From a virus, in IMG/VR virus record IMGVR_UViG_3300036860_000131, positions 1 to 64,000 of that record: a DNA stretch of 64,000 nucleotides; one strand, written 5' to 3'. Positions 59,342 through 64,000 of this stretch are shown here, one piece after another (the first letter of the stretch is position 1; each line of letters starts with the position of its first letter). The translations under genes and the position numbers were made by a program. Under the pieces are notes generated by a model that was given only the letters and a program-made list of their open reading frames with translations, had not been told where the DNA came from and did no database searches.

Positions 59342-61369
59342 TTACGCGCCGGGGTTCTTCACTGCGCCGCGGTAGTCGACTGCGGCCGAAGCGAAGTCAT
59401 GGCGAATCTTGATCTCGACGCCATCGACATCGAAACCATTGCGGGTCTCGGTGTACGGACCTTCCTGGCCTTCCAGATAGGCATACACCAGAACCGTTCC
59501 GTTCGGGGTGTTGGGGTCGCCGAAGAGATACCAGACCGCATCGTCGTCGGCGTCGAGCCGTGAGTCGATGATTGGGGTGAGGCGTCCGGCGAGCGGGTTG
59601 ATGTTGGCAGAGGTCGCCGCCTGGTAATTGGTTGAGGTGTACTGCTCGGCGAGTTGCGCCAATGCAGCCGGCGCCAGCAAGAACCGCGGCGGGATATTAA
59701 GTGGCTTCCCGCCAGGACTTGTCTGAAGCAGCATCAGCGCGCGGCTCGTTCCCAGGGAGTCAACGCTGATTGTGGCTCCGGATGAAACCAGATTCGAATG
59801 GTTCGCGTGGAAAAGCGGGTTACCGTCCGCGAGATTCCCATTCGTCGTGATGATGCCAAAAACCGTATCGGCTTCGAGCATCGCCACTTCCTGGCCCATG
59901 AGTTGGGGCGTCCGGGTAAAAGCGCCGAGGTCGTCGTTGATGATGGCCTGGCGTGTGATCGAAATGATTTTCCCATAGGTCTTGAGAACCCAGGTTTCCT
60001 TTCCTTCGATCAGCTTGCCGCGATGGAACTCGCCGGATTCCCGCACCAGCTCGAGCCGCGAACTGCTGTCGAGCGTCAGTTCCTTTACGGTCTTGAAATC
60101 GGGCGCAGTGCGACGGGCGGCGATCATCCGCCAATCCGCCGGCACCATGTCATACCCCGCTCGGAGTGTTTTGTTGGCGACGTCGGCCAGGATGAAGGGG
60201 AAGTCGCTGGTCGACTGAAACGCGAGCTGCGCGATTTCCGTCCTGCTCTTCGATCTCCAGTTGATCCCTTGGGCCGCGAGCGATTCCTTGGCGATGTCCA
60301 GGAGCGTGCAAGCGGCAAACTGCCGCGCGCCATCGTAAAACCGCTGGCCGCCCTTGAGGTGGAAGCGGAACTCGCGGTCGTGATCGTCATAGGTCCACTT
60401 GCCCGGATCGAAGCGCTCCAACAGTGCGCCGGTCATGCATCGGCGCCGCGTGTCGGACTCGTCCCGGAGAATTTCGGCGTGAGCCGTCCGGACTTCCGGT
60501 CCGCGGGATGCGCGGATGGCCTGCTCGTCGATCGCGATCTTACGAAATGCTTCTATCGACGTGTTTTCAGCGATGTGCTTTTCGGCGAAAGACTGCTCCA
60601 AGCCGCACACCTTTGCGACTCGGAGAATCGCGGTGATGCGGCCCTTTTCGCCGGTGACACCGGTTTCACGAGCAGAGTTGAGTTGCTCGTCCGCAACCAC
60701 CACGGGCGGCGGCTGCTTTGGTTCTTCGCGGGCTTCTTCGCCCGTTGTTTTAACGGTCTCAGGCATTGCCTGCTCCTTTTGGGCGAGTAGCCCTGATTCG
60801 ACTGCTTCGGTCTCCTGCGAGAGTGTGCGCGTGTTGTTGTCGGCTGGTAGGGGAGCCGTCGAGATTTCGAACGGCTGCCACTTCGTGACAACGACAACTC
60901 GCGTCTTTCCCTTCTCCTGCTCCAACTCCTTCTTCGCGAGCAGGTTTACTCCCATGCTGAACTTTTGAACGATCTTGTCGGCGATGTCCCGCCACAGCCC
61001 ATCGACCTCATCGCGCTTGCTGAACCGCAGCGTGGCCTTGAACTCGGAATCGTCGCGCCATGCCCTTTCCACGACGCCTTTCTGACTGGCGGTCCCCATC
61101 CACGTGTCATGGTTGTCAAGGACCGGTGCGCCGGTGTTCAACAGGGACAAGTCGGCGCCGGCGAGGTCGAACCGCAAGATGTAAGGTTCTCCGCGGAAAT
61201 AGTCATAACGCGCAATGTCGATGCCGGTGAACCAGACAACATCGACAGACCGTCGCTCAGCGTCGAGGCTTTCCGGCGTGATGGATGCCGCCAGAAACTC
61301 GCGATTCTCGGTTTCCTGTACCGTTTGCACCTGGCCTGGACGGTCAGGCTGCTTTGTCTTCTTGGCCAT
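59342..61369 (-). CDS. prohead protease (S78/HK97-type) - major capsid protein fusion (675 aa)
   Basis: ATG at 61369 preceded by AAGGAG. The N-terminal GAPVLDNHD...FSMGV...WQPFEISTAPLPAD is protease-like. The C-terminal DFPFILADVANKTLRAGY...ITRQAIINDDLGAF is capsid-like. The longer track ORF is a shadow extension. Confidence 0.8.
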   Translation of the reverse strand: MAKKTKQPDRPGQVQTVQETENREFLAASITPESLDAERRSVDVVWFTGIDIARYDYFRGEPYILRFDLAGADLSLLNTGAPVLDNHDTWMGTASQKGVVERAWRDDSEFKATLRFSKRDEVDGLWRDIADKIVQKFSMGVNLLAKKELEQEKGKTRVVVVTKWQPFEISTAPLPADNNTRTLSQETEAVESGLLAQKEQAMPETVKTTGEEAREEPKQPPPVVVADEQLNSARETGVTGEKGRITAILRVAKVCGLEQSFAEKHIAENTSIEAFRKIAIDEQAIRASRGPEVRTAHAEILRDESDTRRRCMTGALLERFDPGKWTYDDHDREFRFHLKGGQRFYDGARQFAACTLLDIAKESLAAQGINWRSKSRTEIAQLAFQSTSDFPFILADVANKTLRAGYDMVPADWRMIAARRTAPDFKTVKELTLDSSSRLELVRESGEFHRGKLIEGKETWVLKTYGKIISITRQAIINDDLGAFTRTPQLMGQEVAMLEADTVFGIITTNGNLADGNPLFHANHSNLVSSGATISVDSLGTSRALMLLQTSPGGKPLNIPPRFLLAPAALAQLAEQYTSTNYQAATSANINPLAGRLTPIIDSRLDADDDAVWYLFGDPNTPNGTVLVYAYLEGQEGPYTETRNGFDVDGVEIKIRHDFASAAVDYRGAVKNPGA

Positions 61370-62816
61370 CGGTAGTAACTCCTTTGGAACTGAAAGTAAT
61401 TCCAGCGGCTTCGATTTCCGCCTTCCATTTCTTGATTTCGTCGATCTGCTCGCGTGGGTCGTAACCGCATTCGGCGACGACTTGCGGCCATGTGCTGCGG
61501 CCCGTACGCAGATCGATCTCGGCGGCCTCCGCGTCTTTTTTCGGGTCGACGGAACCGAACGCGGGCGGCGTCCATTCGGTCTTGTAGGCAGACGGAACAG
61601 CGAGCCCAATGTTGCCAGAGGATTCCGCGGCGTCGATGAAGCGGCGGCGCACAGGCCGGAGGAACATCGGGGCGAGGCACAGCCACTGGAGGCACTCGAC
61701 TTGCTTCCGGAAACTCAGCAGTCCGGCGCGATAGCTTGAGTAATTCACCTGCGAGAGATCGCCGGTAAGTTGCTCGTAAGTGAGCCCGATACCGCCAGCG
61801 ATGATCTGCTCGTTCTTGCGAACGTATTCTCCGAAACCACCGGAACCAGTCGGCGCGAAGAACTGAGCTTTCTCGCCCGGGCGTCCATACATCACCATGC
61901 CCGGCCGGAATTCCTCGATGCGCTTGCCGGTTCCGCCCTCCGTCTCGGTCTCGCCGAGGGTGTGGCCTTCCTGACCTTCGGGTGGCTCGACGAAGAGCGC
62001 CAGACACGCTTCAATTTTTTTGCGCACCAGCTCAGCGTCCTGGTATTCGTCGAGGTCCCTGAGCTTCAGGATCACCGGTGCCAGCAACGGCACGCCGCGG
62101 ACCTGATGCGCGCGGCGCTTGCGGTAGAGGTGAATGATATTGTCAGCGGGTACGGGCTTGCTCTGCAAATTTCCGAAACGGGACGTGCTGATCACGTCGC
62201 CAGGGTGTTCCGAGAATAACCAGTAGGCGAGGCGCCGGCCGAGCATGTCGAACTGAACACCGTGGATGATGTAGCCCGTGGCGGTCTTCTCGGTCTTCGC
62301 GAGATCGAGGAGATCCGGCTCGATAACCTGAACCTGTAACGGCACCCGGAAGCCGTCATCTGCGAAGCGCGGACGGAGCCGGATAAGGCATTCGCCGGAC
62401 TCCAGCATGGTCCGGGTAACAAGCTCCTGGATGCCGTAGAAGTCAAGCTGGCCGTCCGCGTCGCACTCTTCCATCCAGGCGGACCATGCGTCGTCGATCC
62501 GTTCGTTCTCGCGCTCGCTTGGGGTCTTCGCCTGAGCCTGAATGCCGGTCCCGATGGTCTGTCCGGTGAGTTCGTCCATAGCGCGCGCGGCGTAGGCGTT
62601 GTTGCGGACGAGGTCACGCGAACGCGACCGAAGGTTGACCAGGCCACCGCCGATCTCAGAGTTGGCGGATGTGCCGTTGGTTACCCAGCCATCCGTCCGG
62701 CGGCCGACGATGGCGCCTTCGTAGCTTAGGAGCGCCTTAGTTGCGAGGCGTGCACGGGTGCGCCGCAGCCCTGCTTCCGGGTCCAGGAATGAAATCGCGT
62801 TGTCGAGCCAACTCAT
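61344..62816 (-). CDS. portal protein, lambda family
   Basis: MSWLDNAISFLDPEAGLRRTRAR...YEGA...RRTDGW...LRSRSRDLVRNNAYAARA matches lambda gpB-type portals. 490 aa. Confidence 0.9.
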   Translation of the reverse strand: MSWLDNAISFLDPEAGLRRTRARLATKALLSYEGAIVGRRTDGWVTNGTSANSEIGGGLVNLRSRSRDLVRNNAYAARAMDELTGQTIGTGIQAQAKTPSERENERIDDAWSAWMEECDADGQLDFYGIQELVTRTMLESGECLIRLRPRFADDGFRVPLQVQVIEPDLLDLAKTEKTATGYIIHGVQFDMLGRRLAYWLFSEHPGDVISTSRFGNLQSKPVPADNIIHLYRKRRAHQVRGVPLLAPVILKLRDLDEYQDAELVRKKIEACLALFVEPPEGQEGHTLGETETEGGTGKRIEEFRPGMVMYGRPGEKAQFFAPTGSGGFGEYVRKNEQIIAGGIGLTYEQLTGDLSQVNYSSYRAGLLSFRKQVECLQWLCLAPMFLRPVRRRFIDAAESSGNIGLAVPSAYKTEWTPPAFGSVDPKKDAEAAEIDLRTGRSTWPQVVAECGYDPREQIDEIKKWKAEIEAAGITFSSKGVTTDGQEDKAA

Positions 62817-63013
62817 GCTTTTGAGTACTTCGCGTAGCTCACGCTCGGCGTGGTCGCGGAGTCTCCAAGGACTTCATCCTTCATGACCGCGCGCAGCTTC
62901 AGCATTTCTTCGAGCGAGTGATACTCAACGCGGCGGTCGCGGAATTGCACCACGCGCGCGCCGGCCTTGAGGGCGGTTTCCAGGGCGTCGAGGTCAGATT
63001 GCGTCCAGGCCAC
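62813..63013 (-). CDS. gpW-like head-to-tail joining protein
   Basis: 66 aa. WTQSDLDALETALKAGARVVQFRDRRVEYHSLEEMLKLR fits the gpW family. Located between the terminase and the portal. Confidence 0.65.
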   Translation of the reverse strand: MAWTQSDLDALETALKAGARVVQFRDRRVEYHSLEEMLKLRAVMKDEVLGDSATTPSVSYAKYSKA

Positions 63014-63016
63014 CGG

Positions 63017-63208
63017 TTAATCCTTCCGCCGTTTGAAGTGGTACATCGTTTGGCTCGGGTCATGCGGCAATGGAGTCACGGCCACCAGTTCCCAACCTTC
63101 CTGACCGTATTGTGTGAGATCGGCGTCAAGATCCATGCGCCGGGATTTATACTCCCAGGCCGGCTGCTTCTTCGGCTTCTCAGGTTCGGTCTTGTCCACC
63201 GTCTTCAT
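63017..63208 (-). CDS. DUF4177-like small protein
   Basis: WEYKSRRMDLDADLTQYGQEGWELVAV...MYHFKRR. The ATG overlaps the terminase stop (ATGA). Confidence 0.5.
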   Translation of the reverse strand: MKTVDKTEPEKPKKQPAWEYKSRRMDLDADLTQYGQEGWELVAVTPLPHDPSQTMYHFKRRKD

Positions 63209-64000
63209 CGCGCGAACCAGCTCCCGCTCTGCCGGGGTATCCACGATTCGCGGGCTTTCGGTGGCGGCGGTTCGGCTGGGGCTGGCGGAACTTCCGCCGC
63301 TTTTTGGCTTGGCGCCGGATGCTGGGAAGCCTTGGACTCCCGTGCCAGTTTGTCGGTTAGTATCTGCCAATGTTTCTCCTGGAATCGGTCCATCCCGTAA
63401 TCCCACGCCGCCGCGCGAGCGTATACGCGGCAGTCGAGGGCTTCGTTCCGCGGCCGGAGTTGCTGCCATTCCATCCTGGTCCGCCGTGTCTTGCGGTTGA
63501 CCGTCGCGATGAGCTGCTCCGCCACGATCTGCTTGAAATGCTCGTCGCCGTAATTCTGCCCGTGGGGGAAGTGGCAATAACCGGGTGGGTAGACCCAGCC
63601 TTGGGCGATTTCCTCATCGGTCGGGCGGCGCTTACGGAGATCGGCGTAGAATTCAAACTTGAAGAAACTGGAGTTGACGTGTCGGATGTGCAGCCCGCGA
63701 CGGAGGCGCTTGCCGCCGATCGTGACATCGACAGGGCGACGTTCGCTGACCGGGAGATCGCCGCGACCGTCGCCCTTGATGGCGCACACCTGTGACGCGG
63801 GCTGCTGGCGGCACCAGTTGTAGACATCGTTCGTCGTGGTGCCGTCACCGGAATCGATAAAGAACCGGGCGATGGGCAGTTCACACTTACCACCGCCCGC
63901 AAGAGGGAAGGTTTCCCGCGCCACTTTCTCAAGTTCGGCCCACACGGCAGGCTCAGACGTTTTTCCTTCCAGCACGCGATAATCGACCGACCACGATTCC
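63205..64000 (-). CDS. terL: terminase large subunit, GpA family (C-terminal part; gene continues beyond the window)
   Basis: FFIDSGDGTTTNDVYNWC...VCAIKGDG...GYCHFP...EHFKQIVAEQL...W...RNEALDCRVYARAAA. The frame is open to position 64000. Confidence 0.85.
   Translation of the reverse strand, partial: ESWSVDYRVLEGKTSEPAVWAELEKVARETFPLAGGGKCELPIARFFIDSGDGTTTNDVYNWCRQQPASQVCAIKGDGRGDLPVSERRPVDVTIGGKRLRRGLHIRHVNSSFFKFEFYADLRKRRPTDEEIAQGWVYPPGYCHFPHGQNYGDEHFKQIVAEQLIATVNRKTRRTRMEWQQLRPRNEALDCRVYARAAAWDYGMDRFQEKHWQILTDKLARESKASQHPAPSQKAAEVPPAPAEPPPPKARESWIPRQSGSWFAR

Noticed and set aside
59798-60790. 330-aa plus-strand ORF, plus several 60-170-aa ORFs in the capsid region
   Set aside because: They are antisense or out of frame to the protease-capsid fusion gene, and their composition is shadow-like.
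61370-61609. N-terminal extension of the capsid ORF, and the 289-aa ORF at 61138-62007
   Set aside because: Both are Arg-rich shadow sequence over the portal gene. The ATG at 61369 has an AAGGAG ribosome-binding site.

Overview
GC-rich window occupied almost entirely by one lambda-like (siphovirus-type) prophage. Nearly every gene is on the minus strand, and genes are chained by ATGA/GTGA start-stop overlaps. Right to left: a partial GpA-family large terminase (runs off the window at 64000), a DUF4177 ORF, gpW-like, lambda-family portal, a prohead-protease/major-capsid fusion, a DUF2190 decoration protein and a head-tail joining protein. Next comes an unexpected 4.9-kb glycosyltransferase/methyltransferase island (53.7-58.6 kb). 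Tail genes follow: tail-completion-like, tube-like, a chaperone-like pair, a 1161-aa tape measure, distal-tail proteins and a 1536-aa fused host-specificity protein. About 15 kb of fibre or surface-active genes follow (23.8-39.2 kb). They include a BNR propeller, a cluster of small membrane proteins, a collagen-like protein, an opposite-strand HNH endonuclease, a secreted Ig-domain protein with a possible hydrolase domain, and a Gly-rich protein. They also include a fibre made of 32 in-register 14-residue repeats and a YkuD-type L,D-transpeptidase-fold protein. A divergent promoter/operator region lies at 22.65-22.81 kb, with five small plus-strand genes of unknown function on one side. On the other side is a ~19-kb early operon: Cro-like HTH, micro-ORFs, DUF2303, Rmf-like, Gp157, RusA, YkgJ-like, Dcm, DUF1376 initiator with internal iterons, DnaB, HNH, Gp37/Gp68, DnaA-C-like HTH and an SNF2 helicase-DNA methyltransferase fusion. 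The left end carries a decayed xis/int module whose integrase catalytic domain is split onto opposite strands, two lower-GC cargo genes and a tRNA-3'-half-like att remnant. I saw no rRNA, complete tRNA, CRISPR array, reverse transcriptase or recognisable CI-type repressor. All functional calls come from motifs read by eye in the supplied translations and need profile searches to confirm. Many long ORFs in the track are GC-rich shadow frames and were not annotated.
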